Source: an uncultured Chloroflexia bacterium
GTDB taxonomy: Bacteria > Chloroflexota > Limnocylindria > QHBO01
Length of the DNA: 64,000 nucleotides
Assembly (NCBI GenBank): GCA_963814375.1
Contig: CAWFCQ010000001.1
Span: 1 to 64,000, forward strand
Direction: 5' to 3'
This document shows, piece after piece, positions 18,502 to 28,310 of the stretch. The position numbers were made by a program, and so were the translations under genes. The notes below the pieces were generated by a model, which did no database searches, was not told the DNA's origin, and saw only the letters and a list, made by a program, of their open reading frames with translations. Within the stretch, counting starts at the first letter, position 1, and each line of letters begins with the position of its first letter.

Positions 18502-19910
18502 CAGTCCGCGAGCGTCCCGTAGAACTCGCCGAAAAGCTCCTCCTCCGAGGGACGGTCCTCGGGGGTCGGCCGGCTCACCCAGGTGACGTTCATGTAGTGC
18601 TTGAGGTGGATGTTCTCCGAGGTGATGTTGCCGCCCCACGTTCCGCATCCGAGGCTCGAGGTCATCGGCATCCCGTTGGTGAACGAGCCCGCGTTCGCTT
18701 TCGACTGTGCCTGACGCACCATGATCCGGCTCACCGGCGCCAGCTGAGCCAGGCGGTCGATGTGATCGTCGTCGAAGGAGTAGATGCCGCACGAGTGGCC
18801 CTTGCCGCCCACCTCGTAGATCGCCGCCACCTTCTCGAGCGCCTCGTCGTAGCCGGAGTAGCGGAACATCGACAGGACGACGCCGAGCTTCTCCGAGCTG
18901 AATGGGTTGTGCACGCCGATCTCGCTCTGCTCGACGAGGAAGAAGCGGCGATCGGGCGCGATCTCGAACCCCGCCTTCTCGGCAAGGGCCTGCGCCGAGA
19001 CCGCGATCGTGTCGGGAGTCCGATGGCCCTCATCGTCCCAGTAAATGGCTCGCAGGCGCTCGGCCTCCTCCGCCGTGGTGAGGTGTCCGCCCTCTTCCAC
19101 CAGGCAGTCGCGCAGGGCGTCGTAGATCGTTGTCTCGACGATGAGATTGCCGTCGGCCGAGCACCCGGATCCGAAGTCGGAGGTCTTGCTGAGGCGCGTG
19201 TTGCGCGCCGCATCGGCGACGTCAGCAGTCTCATCGATGACCATGGTCGAGTTGCCCGCACCGACGCCGTAGGCCGGGGTGCCCGAGCTGTACGCCGCCT
19301 TGACCATGTCTCGGCCGCCGGTCGCCTGGACCATGTCGGCCCGGGTCATCAGGTACTGGGCGGCCGGGATGCTCGGCCGCTCGAGACATTGGATGAGGTC
19401 AACCGGGGCGCCCTCGCGCTCCAGCACGCGGCGCATGATCTCGACCGTCTCGCGGGTCGTGGCCTTGCTCCGCGGATGGGGCGAGAAGATGACCGCGTCG
19501 CGGCACTTGATGGCGAAGAGGCCGACGCCCGGTGGGGTCAGCTCGGGGTTCGTCGTCGGCACAAGCGAGGCGATCAGGCCGACCGGCTTGGCGTACTTGA
19601 CGATGCCCCGCTCGGGTAGCTCCTCGATGACGCCGATGCTCCGCTGGCGCAGGACGTCGCGCAGGATGCCCATCACCTTGAAGCGCTTCGAGACGCGGCT
19701 CTCGGGATCGCCGATACCACTCTCGTCGACGCCCATCTGCGCCAGGCGCTTGAAGGTGGTTTCGTTGGCGACGGCCCACGCCAGCGCCTGGCAGAGCCGA
19801 TCGACCTGCTCCTGTGTCGCGCCCCCGAAGGCGGCCAGCGCGGCGCGCCCACGTTTCACCAGCTCGTCGACATGCTCGGTCTCTTCAGCGGTAATCGGTC
19901 GAGGAGGCAT
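18501..19910 (-). CDS. CoA-acylating aldehyde dehydrogenase (SauS/EutE-like)
   Basis: PTTNP, ATGG..MVKAAYSSG, GVGAGN, catalytic Cys in SGCSA, EKLG, LGCGTWGGNITSENI. Confidence 0.88.
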   Translation of the reverse strand: MPPRPITAEETEHVDELVKRGRAALAAFGGATQEQVDRLCQALAWAVANETTFKRLAQMGVDESGIGDPESRVSKRFKVMGILRDVLRQRSIGVIEELPERGIVKYAKPVGLIASLVPTTNPELTPPGVGLFAIKCRDAVIFSPHPRSKATTRETVEIMRRVLEREGAPVDLIQCLERPSIPAAQYLMTRADMVQATGGRDMVKAAYSSGTPAYGVGAGNSTMVIDETADVADAARNTRLSKTSDFGSGCSADGNLIVETTIYDALRDCLVEEGGHLTTAEEAERLRAIYWDDEGHRTPDTIAVSAQALAEKAGFEIAPDRRFFLVEQSEIGVHNPFSSEKLGVVLSMFRYSGYDEALEKVAAIYEVGGKGHSCGIYSFDDDHIDRLAQLAPVSRIMVRQAQSKANAGSFTNGMPMTSSLGCGTWGGNITSENIHLKHYMNVTWVSRPTPEDRPSEEELFGEFYGTLAD

Positions 19911-19961
19911 GTTTCGTTTCCACTATTGCGAAGTGCCGGCCCACTCTCCGGGAACGCTGCG

Positions 19962-20065
19962 AGCCTATGACCGGCCCCATGGGCTGTCAAGACGCCCCCA
20001 CTTGACACCGCCGAGCGAGGGCGACTAGGTTCCTGATAGCGGACTCGATGGTCCGTTATTCGGAA
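19962..20065. promoter_or_regulatory. Divergent sigma70 promoters with two TCC-N7-GGA candidate IclR operators
   Basis: Minus strand TTGACA (19985-19990) N17 TAGGCT (19962-19967); plus strand TTGACA 20002-20007 N18 TAGGTT; TTCCtgatagcGGAC 20030-20044 and GTCCgttattcGGAA 20051-20065. Confidence 0.6.
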
Positions 20066-20119
20066 TCCGGGTCAGCGACACGCGGGCCCATCGAGGCGCG
20101 TACCCGTCTGGAGGTGGGC

Positions 20120-21826
20120 ATGCAACCCACGGTCGCCGACCACGTCGCCCGGTTCCTCACGGACCGTGGTGTCGAGATCGTCTTCGGCCTGTGCGGTCAC
20201 ACCAACATCTCGGTTCTCGCCGCGCTCGAGCGCGCCGGGAGCCCGCGCTTCGTCACGACCCGTCACGAGCAGGTCGCGGCCCATGCCGCCGACGGCTACG
20301 CGCGCGCCTCCGGACGGCCGGGCGTCGTCCTTCTGCACGTCGGCCCGGGCATGACCAACGCGGCAACCGGTGTCGCGACCGCCTCGTTCGACTCCGTTCC
20401 GCTCCTCGTCATCGCCGGTGATGTCCCCTCGTACTTCGAGGGCCGCGGGCCTCACCAGGAGCTCAACCTGCGCCGTGACGCCGACCAGACCTCGCTGTAC
20501 GAGCCCTTCGTGAAGCGCTCATGGCGGGTTCGGCGCGCCGACCAGGTGCCCCGCGTTCTGGCACGCGCCTGGGATCTCGCCCTGGCGGGCCGGCCCGGGC
20601 CAACCCTCGTGTCGGTGCCGATGGACATCCTCGCCGAGCCGTTCGAGGCCGATGTCGTGCCCGCCTCGCCGCTCGAGCCGCCGACGATCACGGCGGCGGT
20701 CGCGGGCCGCATCGCCCACGAGCTGCGCGCCGCCGAGCGGCCGCTGATCCTCGCCGGCGGCGGCACTCGTCGCGCGGCAGCCGACGTTCGGGCGTTGGCG
20801 GAGCTCAGTGGCGCTCCTGTCGCCCACACCCTGATGGGGACCGGCGTGCTGCCGCCGGATCACCCGCAGCTGCTGGGCATGATCGGCTTCTGGGGATCGC
20901 CCACCGCGAATCGTCTCGCCAGCCAGGCCGATGTGATCCTCGCGATCGGCACCCGCTTCCCGGAGACGGACAGCAGCAGCTGGGAGCACGGCGTGACGTT
21001 CGCTATCCCGCCCACCCGACTGATCCATGTCGACATCGACCCCGGCGAGCCCGGCCGCAGCTATCCGACCGCCATCGCCGCGGCAGCGGACGCCGCCCTG
21101 GCGATGCGCGCGATCGCCGACGCGTACGGGGAGGCGACCCCGGAGCGGGGCCACGACTGGGCGCGACTTCGCGAGGAACGCGAGCAGTTTCTGGCGGCGA
21201 GCCGCGAGAACGCCTCGTCGTCCGAGTTCCCGCTGCTGCCCGAGCGCATCCTGGCCGACGTTCGCCGCGCCATCCCGGACGCCATCCTCGTGACCGACGT
21301 GGGGTGGAACAAGAACGGCGTCGGGCAGCAGTACCCGGTCGACTCGCCGGACTCGTTCCTCACGCCCGGCGGCTTCTCGACAATGGGGTTCGGGCCGGCC
21401 GCCGTCATCGGCGTTGCCGCCGCCAACACCGGACGCCCTGCCGTCGCGCTCATCGGGGACGGTGCGTTCGGCTCGAACCCGAGCGTCGTCGCAACGGCGA
21501 TGGAGATGGGGATCGCGCCGGTGTGGGTCGTGATGAACAACGCCGCGTTCGGCACGATCGCCGGCCTCGAGCGCAAGCACTACGGCACCGGCTTCGGCTG
21601 CGAGTTCGAGGCCGATGGGAGCTCGTACACGCCCGACTTCGCCGCGATCTCCCGCGCCTGCGGCGCGGTTGGCATGACCGTCGAATCTGCCGATGAGCTC
21701 GACTCGGCACTTCGTGATGCCCTGCAAGCCGGGCGCCCGACCGTCATCGACGTCCCGATGCGCAACACGCCGGTTCTGACGCCCGGCGAGTGGGACATCG
21801 AGCGCATCTACCAGGTGGCTCGATGA
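20120..21826 (+). CDS. Thiamine-diphosphate-dependent enzyme (ALS/IolD/CDH superfamily)
   Basis: FGLCGHTN, RHEQ..AHAADGYAR, GPGMTN, GDGAF...NN ThDP motif; GGAGG RBS. Confidence 0.9.
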   Translation: MQPTVADHVARFLTDRGVEIVFGLCGHTNISVLAALERAGSPRFVTTRHEQVAAHAADGYARASGRPGVVLLHVGPGMTNAATGVATASFDSVPLLVIAGDVPSYFEGRGPHQELNLRRDADQTSLYEPFVKRSWRVRRADQVPRVLARAWDLALAGRPGPTLVSVPMDILAEPFEADVVPASPLEPPTITAAVAGRIAHELRAAERPLILAGGGTRRAAADVRALAELSGAPVAHTLMGTGVLPPDHPQLLGMIGFWGSPTANRLASQADVILAIGTRFPETDSSSWEHGVTFAIPPTRLIHVDIDPGEPGRSYPTAIAAAADAALAMRAIADAYGEATPERGHDWARLREEREQFLAASRENASSSEFPLLPERILADVRRAIPDAILVTDVGWNKNGVGQQYPVDSPDSFLTPGGFSTMGFGPAAVIGVAAANTGRPAVALIGDGAFGSNPSVVATAMEMGIAPVWVVMNNAAFGTIAGLERKHYGTGFGCEFEADGSSYTPDFAAISRACGAVGMTVESADELDSALRDALQAGRPTVIDVPMRNTPVLTPGEWDIERIYQVAR

Positions 21827-22659
21827 CGGAACCCTCGCGACCCCGCGCCCACAGCGGATCCGGCGCCGGGCAGGCGCATCGGTCCGGTGCATGGTCGACG
21901 GCGATCACGGCGACCACCGACGATCGAGTCTTCGTCCGCGGCGTCGCCCTCGACGAGGCGATCGGCCGCGACCCGTTCCCTGCCATGCTGCTTCGGCTCT
22001 GGCGCGGCGACGAGGGCACGATTGAGGAGGCGGAGCTGCTCGGCGCCTGCCTGGTGGCGTCGATCGACCACGGTCCGCTGTCGCCATCGGCGCTCGTCAC
22101 GCGGACGATTGCCTCGACCCGTGCGAAGCCGATGAGCGGGCTGGCAGGCGGCATCCTCGCCTTCGGTGACCTCCACGGCGCCGTGGTCAGCCGGGCCATG
22201 CGGATCCTGGCCAGCGCGCCGGCCGAGGGCAGCCTCGACGCGTGGGCCGACGAGACGTTCGAAGCCGAGCGCGCCGCAGGCGGCCGCCTGCCGGGCATCG
22301 GGCATCGCTGGCACGACCACGATCAGCGTGCAGAACGGCTCCTCGAGGTGGCCGCGAGGCTCGCCCCGGATGCACGGCACGAAGCCGCGGTGCGGGCTCT
22401 GGCCGCGCGCGTCGGCGCGCACTCGGGGAAGCGCATTCCGGTCAACATCGACGGAGCGCTCGCCGTCGCCCTCACCGCGCTGCGGCTCGACCCCGCCTAC
22501 GGCGACTTCCTCTTCGCGATCGCGCGGAGCTTCGGGCTCGCCGCCCACTTCGTCGAGGAGCAGGCCCGTGAGCGGCCGATGCGGATGATCGACCCGACGG
22601 CCGCGGAATACGACGGGGCGGCGGTCACGGGCCTCGAGCCACAGGAGGCAGACACATGA
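21823..22659 (+). CDS. Citryl-CoA lyase-like (citrate synthase fold) protein
   Basis: WSTAIT...[37 protein letters not shown]. Confidence 0.8.
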   Translation: MTEPSRPRAHSGSGAGQAHRSGAWSTAITATTDDRVFVRGVALDEAIGRDPFPAMLLRLWRGDEGTIEEAELLGACLVASIDHGPLSPSALVTRTIASTRAKPMSGLAGGILAFGDLHGAVVSRAMRILASAPAEGSLDAWADETFEAERAAGGRLPGIGHRWHDHDQRAERLLEVAARLAPDARHEAAVRALAARVGAHSGKRIPVNIDGALAVALTALRLDPAYGDFLFAIARSFGLAAHFVEEQARERPMRMIDPTAAEYDGAAVTGLEPQEADT

Positions 22660-23029
22660 AGGTCCGGCTGATCTCGCCCTTCCGGGATGCCGAGCAGATC
22701 TGGATCGGTCTCGACGAACCCGGGATGCGGCGGAAGGTGTTCCGCTTCGTGTCGCCGGAATCGGCTCCGAGGAGTTCATGGCGGGCATCACTGTCTTCGA
22801 GCCGGGCGAGTCGAGCTCCTACCACGTCCACGACGAGTCCGAGGAGATCAATCTCGTGCATCGAGGGCATCCGGGCATCCTCGTCTCCGAGGGTGAGGAG
22901 GCGGAGTTCGAGACCGGCCACGCCATGTGGGTGCCCAAGGGCGTCCATCACCAGCATCGGAACACCGGCACCACCCCGCTCAAGCTGCTCTGGGTGTACA
23001 CGCCGCAGGCTCCACTTCCCCAGACTTAG
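22656..23029 (+). CDS. Cupin domain protein, apparent frameshift near 22762
   Basis: GGAGG RBS + MKVRLISP...FVSPE, then in another frame [22 protein letters not shown]...HQHRN (cupin H-H-E-H). Confidence 0.75.
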
Positions 23030-23063
23030 GAACTCACGGTCGCAACGCGCGGAAGGGGCACTG

Positions 23064-25166
23064 ATGGACTCGCCATACATCGCCTTGGCGCTCGCGGCAT
23101 CGGTCGCCGGCCTGTCGCTGGCGGCCTACTTCGCGCGTCGAGTGGCCGCGGCCCCTCCGGGCAACGAGCGGATGGTCGAGCTCATGGCCGCGATCCGAGA
23201 GGGAGCGATGGCGTTCCTCCGGCGGGAATATGCGGCCCTTGGCGTGTTCGTTGCGATTGTTGCGGCACTGATCTTCGCCATCCCGGAGTACCGGCTCTAC
23301 GGTTCGCTCGCGTACGTCCTTGGCGCGCTCGCTTCTGCCGGCGCGGGATTCATCGGCATGCGCGTCGCAACGGCCGCCAACGCGCGCACCGCGGAGGCCG
23401 CGCGCGTCGGAGGGACGGCGCTCGCATTGCCGCTCGCTTTCCGCGCCGGCGCGGTGATGGGGTTCTGCGTGGCGGGCCTCGGACTGCTCGGCCTGACGGC
23501 GCTTCTTTACCTGTTCGTCACCGTGATCGCGGCGCCGAATTCGACGTCACTGATCGTGGCGTTCGGCCTGGGCGCAAGCAGCATCGCCCTCTTTGCGCGG
23601 GTCGGTGGTGGCATCTACACCAAGGCCGCAGACGTGGGTGCGGACCTGGTCGGCAAGGTGGAGGCGGGAATTCCGGAGGATGACCCTCGCAATCCTGCTG
23701 TGATCGCCGACAACGTGGGCGATAACGTGGGTGACGTCGCCGGCATGGGCGCCGACCTGTTCGAATCGTATGTTGGATCGATCGTGGCACCGGTGGTGCT
23801 CGGGGCCGTGATCTTCGGGGGGACCAGTGATCCGGGCGCGGGGATCGTCTTCCCGCTCGCGATCGCGGCAGCGGGCCTGCTGGCGAGCATCGTCGGCGCC
23901 TTCCTGGTTCGCGTCGAGGACCGCTCGAACCTGGGAGCCGCCCTCCGCCGCGGCACGTGGGTCGCGGCCGCGCTCAGCGCGGTCGGCACGGTCGCACTGT
24001 CAGTGCTCATCCTCGGGCCGGTGGCCCAGGTCGAGCAGCCATTGTTCATCGCGGGCGCGATCATCAGCGGCCTGCTCGCTGGCGTCGCGATCGGATGGCT
24101 CAGCGAGTACTTCACGTCCGACCGATACGGCCCGGTCCGGCACATCGCCGAGCAGGGGAGATCCGGCTCCGCGACGGTCATCCTCGGCGGCCTCGCGACC
24201 GGCATGCGTTCGACCGCCCCGAGCGTCGGGGTCATCGTCGTCGCGATCGCGGTGGCCCACGTGCTCGGAAGCATGGCCATCCCAGGTGCCGACAGCGCCG
24301 GGATCTACGGGATCGCCCTGGCGGCCGTTGGCATGCTGTCCATCACGGCGATCACCGTCAGCGTCGACGCGTACGGCCCGATCGCCGACAACGCCGGGGG
24401 AATCGCGCAGATGGCCGGCCTCCCCGCCGAGGTCCGGCGCGACACCGATGCGCTGGACTCGCTCGGCAACACGACCGCGGCGATTGCCAAGGGTTTCGCC
24501 ATCGGATCGGCCGCCCTCACCGCGCTGGCGCTGTTCCGCAGCTTCACGGAAACGGCGAATGCCGCACTCCGCGAGGCGGGTGAGGGCCTGATCATGCTGG
24601 ACGTCAACGACGTGGCAGTCACGGTGGGACTGCTCATTGGCGCGATGCTCCCGTTCCTGTTCGCGGCGATGACGATCGACTCCGTGGGACGCGCGGCGGC
24701 CGCGATGATCGCCGAGGTGAGACGCCAGTTCGCCGAGATTCCCGGCCTTCGGGATGGCCGGCCAGGAGTCCACCCCGACTACACCCGATGCGTCGACATC
24801 AGCACCGCCGCGGCCCTGCGTGAGATGGTGGCGCCCGGAGCCCTGGCGGTGGTCACGCCCCTCGTGATCGGCTTCGTGAGCCTTCAGGCCCTGGGCGGGT
24901 TCCTCGTTGGCTCGCTGGTCACCGGCTTCCTGCTCGCCATCTTCATGGCCAACGCCGGCGGCGCCTGGGACAACGCGAAGAAGTTCGTCGAGGCGGGCAA
25001 CCTGGGCGGCAAGGGCGGCGAGGCACACCACGCCACGGTCGTCGGCGATACGGTCGGTGACCCGCTGAAGGACACGGCCGGACCGTCCATGAACATCCTG
25101 ATCAAGCTGCTCAGCATCGTGTCGCTCATCGCCGTGCCGGCATTCGTCGGATTTCGCCCGTTCTGA
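23064..25166 (+). CDS. hppA: Membrane-integral ion-translocating pyrophosphatase (K+-dependent type, probably Na+-PPase)
   Basis: [50 protein letters not shown]; the 836-aa ORF in the track is a fusion caused by the cupin frameshift. Confidence 0.93.
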   Translation: MDSPYIALALAASVAGLSLAAYFARRVAAAPPGNERMVELMAAIREGAMAFLRREYAALGVFVAIVAALIFAIPEYRLYGSLAYVLGALASAGAGFIGMRVATAANARTAEAARVGGTALALPLAFRAGAVMGFCVAGLGLLGLTALLYLFVTVIAAPNSTSLIVAFGLGASSIALFARVGGGIYTKAADVGADLVGKVEAGIPEDDPRNPAVIADNVGDNVGDVAGMGADLFESYVGSIVAPVVLGAVIFGGTSDPGAGIVFPLAIAAAGLLASIVGAFLVRVEDRSNLGAALRRGTWVAAALSAVGTVALSVLILGPVAQVEQPLFIAGAIISGLLAGVAIGWLSEYFTSDRYGPVRHIAEQGRSGSATVILGGLATGMRSTAPSVGVIVVAIAVAHVLGSMAIPGADSAGIYGIALAAVGMLSITAITVSVDAYGPIADNAGGIAQMAGLPAEVRRDTDALDSLGNTTAAIAKGFAIGSAALTALALFRSFTETANAALREAGEGLIMLDVNDVAVTVGLLIGAMLPFLFAAMTIDSVGRAAAAMIAEVRRQFAEIPGLRDGRPGVHPDYTRCVDISTAAALREMVAPGALAVVTPLVIGFVSLQALGGFLVGSLVTGFLLAIFMANAGGAWDNAKKFVEAGNLGGKGGEAHHATVVGDTVGDPLKDTAGPSMNILIKLLSIVSLIAVPAFVGFRPF

Positions 25167-25178
25167 CCATCGGCACCC

Positions 25179-25852
25179 TCAGCCGCTGAGGTCGCGGTCC
25201 TCCATCTCCCAGGCGTGGTCCATGACGTGCTGCGCCGTGCGGCGCACCAGGAATTGGACCGGCATGCTCCGGCCGGTGATCCTGCCCTCGGCGTTGTGGT
25301 CGCGGATGGCGTCGAGGAACCGCTGCCGATGCGCCGCGAGCTCGTCCGGGGTGAGCCGAAGGCCATCCTCCTCGCGTATGCCCACCTTGCGCCAATAGTT
25401 GTGGCGCTCGGAGGCGTACACGTGACGGATGATCTCGTCGCGGGATCGGCCGCCACCGCGCGCGCCAAGCCGAAGCTCGTCGGAGACACGGGCGGCGATG
25501 TCGTCGAACTGGTCCCACGACGCCTGCAGCAGGTCAAGACGTCGCTCGAGCTCCTTCGACGAGAGCACTCGGTGCTCGATCTCCGATGGCACGTGCGCGA
25601 TGCCCCACCAGTCGGTTGAGGTATTCCCCGCGTAGCGCTCGACCACCGCCGGCGCCGATTCGCGGGCAAACGCATCCGCGAGGCCTGCGCGCTTGGCGAC
25701 CGGGGCGTATCGGGGCATGTACGACGACAGCTTCGCCAGCGCGTCGTCCTCGTCCGTGCCCCAGCGTTCGAGGCCCGGCCATTCGTGGGCTCCTGCCACC
25801 ATCCGCCGACCCTTCGGGCCGATCTCGATCACGACACTCAACGTTGTGTCAT
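25179..25852 (-). CDS. Conserved hypothetical, DinB-like C-terminus
   Basis: EIGPKG...WPGLER, GGGRSRDEIIRHV, RRTAQHVMDHAWEMEDRDL; start uncertain (ATG at 25852 is off-frame by one base, TTG at 25841 is in frame). Confidence 0.7.
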
Positions 25853-25895
25853 CGGCTTCATGATCGGACCGATACTCGCCGCGAATCGTCAGGAT

Positions 25896-26684
25896 TCACG
25901 ACCCGGACCACCGGGGAGGCTCGCCATCTGCGCGCTCCGTCGGCAACCGCTCCCGGACCATGGCGACGAACGGGGCCATCTCGGTCGCGAGCAGGTCGGC
26001 GTCCTCCGCCGTTGCGCGGCCGTCGTAGGCACGCCCCGCCGCACGGAGTACCGGGTGCCAGCGGTCGGGGAGATGCTCGAGCGCCCATTGGCCGGCCGAT
26101 CGCTTGGAGATGGCGACGTCGCCGGTCTCCAGAGCCCGGAGAATCCGGCTGCCGTTCAGGAACGCGTAGGTGGCCTCGAATGGATCGGTATCTCCTTCTG
26201 CCACGTGGGCCTCGAGATGCTCCACCTCGCGGTCGAGGTCGACCTCGAGCTCGGTCCAGGTTGGCGGCGGGACGACTTCGGCCGGCTCCCGGCCGTGCAG
26301 GTTCGCGTAGCGGCCGGCCAGCCAGTGCGCTCGGTTGATCGCCCACGACGTGTCGCGCCGGTCCTCGCGCCATGCATGGCGAGGTGCCTCAGGTTGGCGT
26401 GCGTCTGCCTCGAGGACGTACCACGCGTCCCACTCCACGCCGGTCTCAGCGGCGATCGCGGCGTGGATCTCCTCGATGGCCTCGGCCGTCTGCTCATCGA
26501 GCGGACGGCGGACGATGACGTAGGTGTCGAGGTCGGCCGATCGAGGCGGTCCTTCGAGCGCGGTCGTCCCGCCAAAGGCCCACATCGCGACGAGGTCGTC
26601 GCCGAGCAGCTCCTCCAGCTTCTCGCGCAGCCGCGTCCAGGCGTTCCTGGCGACGTCCGACAGCTGGTCGAGCGGGACGCTCAC
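25896..26684 (-). CDS. Nucleotidyltransferase with AadA/ANT-like C-terminal (DUF4111-like) domain
   Basis: LGDDLVAMWAFGG...SADLD Pol-beta motif, YAFLNGSRIL, ISKRSAGQWALEHLP.RW; GTG overlaps the upstream TGA. Confidence 0.7.
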   Translation of the reverse strand: MSVPLDQLSDVARNAWTRLREKLEELLGDDLVAMWAFGGTTALEGPPRSADLDTYVIVRRPLDEQTAEAIEEIHAAIAAETGVEWDAWYVLEADARQPEAPRHAWREDRRDTSWAINRAHWLAGRYANLHGREPAEVVPPPTWTELEVDLDREVEHLEAHVAEGDTDPFEATYAFLNGSRILRALETGDVAISKRSAGQWALEHLPDRWHPVLRAAGRAYDGRATAEDADLLATEMAPFVAMVRERLPTERADGEPPRWSGS

Positions 26685-27160
26685 GCCGTCCGCGGCTCGG
26701 GCTCGCGGCTGCGCAGCCGGAGGATCGGGATCTCGCGATCGGTCTTCTCGAGGTACTTCGGGTACTCCGGTGCCTCCTCGGCCAGCCGCTTCCAGGCCGC
26801 GTCCAGTTCGGCTCCGGCGAGCGTCTCGGCTTCGATGTCCTCCCGCCGACCGCCGTGGAACTCGATCGTCGCGTGCGGATCCCCGGCCAGGTTGTGCAGC
26901 CAGTCCGGTTGCCGTGCAGCCCCGGCCAACGATGCGACCACCAGCCAGGCATCCGGCCCGTCCTCGAGAAAGCCGAGGATTGCGTATCGAGTCTTGCCTG
27001 ACCTGGCGCCGCGGGTCTCCAGCAGCAGCGTCGGGATGCCACCGCCGGTCTTGTTCGTGCGCCGCCGGAACATCCCCGGCGTGAATCGGCTCAGGAGGTG
27101 AACGACGAAGCGCGGAAACCGAACGCCGCGAGTTCCATCGGGCGGCACGATCACGGCCAT
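26681..27160 (-). CDS. Deazaflavin-dependent nitroreductase family protein
   Basis: LLLETRGARSGKTR, ASLAGAARQPDWLHNL, Y..KTDREIP. Confidence 0.88.
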   Translation of the reverse strand: MAVIVPPDGTRGVRFPRFVVHLLSRFTPGMFRRRTNKTGGGIPTLLLETRGARSGKTRYAILGFLEDGPDAWLVVASLAGAARQPDWLHNLAGDPHATIEFHGGRREDIEAETLAGAELDAAWKRLAEEAPEYPKYLEKTDREIPILRLRSREPEPRTA

Positions 27161-27200
27161 GAATCAACTGTACGCTTGACCGGAGTGGCACAATTCTCGC

Positions 27201-27455
27201 GTGAGTGACACGTTGGTGGTTTCAGTGGGACCCAAGGGCCGCATCGTCATCCCGGCCGACATTCGGCGGGAGCTCGGGATCCAGGAAGGGAGCGAGCTCG
27301 TGGCCCTCGTCGAGGGCGAGGCCGTCGTTCTCGTGCCGCGGTCCGCGGTGAAGGCCCGCCTTCGCTCGATCTTCGCAGACGTGGCGACGAGCATGCGCGA
27401 AGAGCTCATTGCCGATCGCCGGGGTGCGGCGGAGGTGGAGTCGGCGAAGGAATGA
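27201..27455 (+). CDS. vapB: AbrB/MazE/SpoVT-type antitoxin
   Basis: VGPKGRIVIPADIRRELGI.EG. Confidence 0.88.
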   Translation: MSDTLVVSVGPKGRIVIPADIRRELGIQEGSELVALVEGEAVVLVPRSAVKARLRSIFADVATSMREELIADRRGAAEVESAKE

Positions 27456-27823
27456 CTGTCGTCGACGCATCGGTCGTGCTGGCCTGGCTCCAGGACGAAC
27501 CCGGAGCGGATGAGGCCGAGCCGATGCTCATGGACGGAATCATCGGAGCTGCCAATTGGTCCGAGGTGCTTCAGAAGGCTGGGCAGCACGGCGCACCAGT
27601 CGGGATCGTGGCACGGCTCTTGGCCACTTTCGGACTGCGTGTGGTCGCCGTCACCGCGGAGGACGCGGAGCTCGCCGCGGACGTGTGGCAGCCCGCGGAG
27701 CGCTTCTCCCTCGGAGACCGTCTCTGCCTGGCGCTGGGGCTTCGCACCGGGCTACCAGTTGCCACCGCCGACGCTGCCTGGGCATCGCTTGCAGGTGCCC
27801 CAGAGGTCATCGTCATCCGATAG
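27452..27823 (+). CDS. vapC: PIN-domain toxin
   Basis: VVDASVVLA, NWSEV, SLGDRLCLAL, TAD; ATGA overlap with the antitoxin. Confidence 0.9.
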   Translation: MTVVDASVVLAWLQDEPGADEAEPMLMDGIIGAANWSEVLQKAGQHGAPVGIVARLLATFGLRVVAVTAEDAELAADVWQPAERFSLGDRLCLALGLRTGLPVATADAAWASLAGAPEVIVIR

Positions 27824-27863
27824 GGGTGGCCCCTCGGCGCTCGCCGAGGACTAGCATCGGCGC

Positions 27864-28310
27864 ATGGCACGACGTCCGGCGACTGTCGACGACATCCACG
27901 AGATCGCCCGCGGGCTGCCGGGCGTCAAGCTCGGAGATCCTCGTGGGCGCACGAAGCCGACCGTCTACCAGGTAAGCCGGCGGAGCTTTCTCTTCTTTCG
28001 CAATCCTCGCCCGGACGCGGTCGACCCCGAGACGGGCGAGCGCTACGCGACGTCATCGTCTTCTGGGTCGAGTCGGAGCTCGAGAAGGAGGCCATCCTGG
28101 CCGATGCGTCCCTGCCCTTCTTCACGACGCCCGCACTTCGACGGCCACCCATCGGTCCTCGTGCGTGGCTCGCGGATCGGCGAGATCAGCCGCGACGAGC
28201 TGGCCGGATTCGTCGAGGGCGCGTGGCTGTCGCGCGCCGGTCCCCGCGCGGTGGCGAAATGGACCGACGGAGAAGGGCTACCGGTCGGCGGAATCAGCCG
28301 AACGGTAGGG
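27864..28310 (+). CDS. MmcQ/YjbR-like DNA-binding protein (two compensating frameshifts; 3' end uncertain)
   Basis: FRNPRPDAVDPETGERY, shifted DVIVFWVESELEKEA, FFTTPHFDGHPSVLVR, AWLSRA. Confidence 0.6.

Noticed and set aside
18501-21826. Canonical taurine/sulfoacetate (xsc/sau) or myo-inositol (iol) pathway
   Set aside because: No Pta, TauE, SauT/U, IolE, IolB, IolC or IolG genes in the window
22656-25166. 836-aa cupin-pyrophosphatase fusion in the ORF track
   Set aside because: Produced by a one-base frameshift in the cupin gene; the cupin ends at 23029 and hppA has its own start at 23064
27201-27823. vapBC as marker of a mobile element or prophage
   Set aside because: No integrase, transposase, att repeats or phage genes nearby
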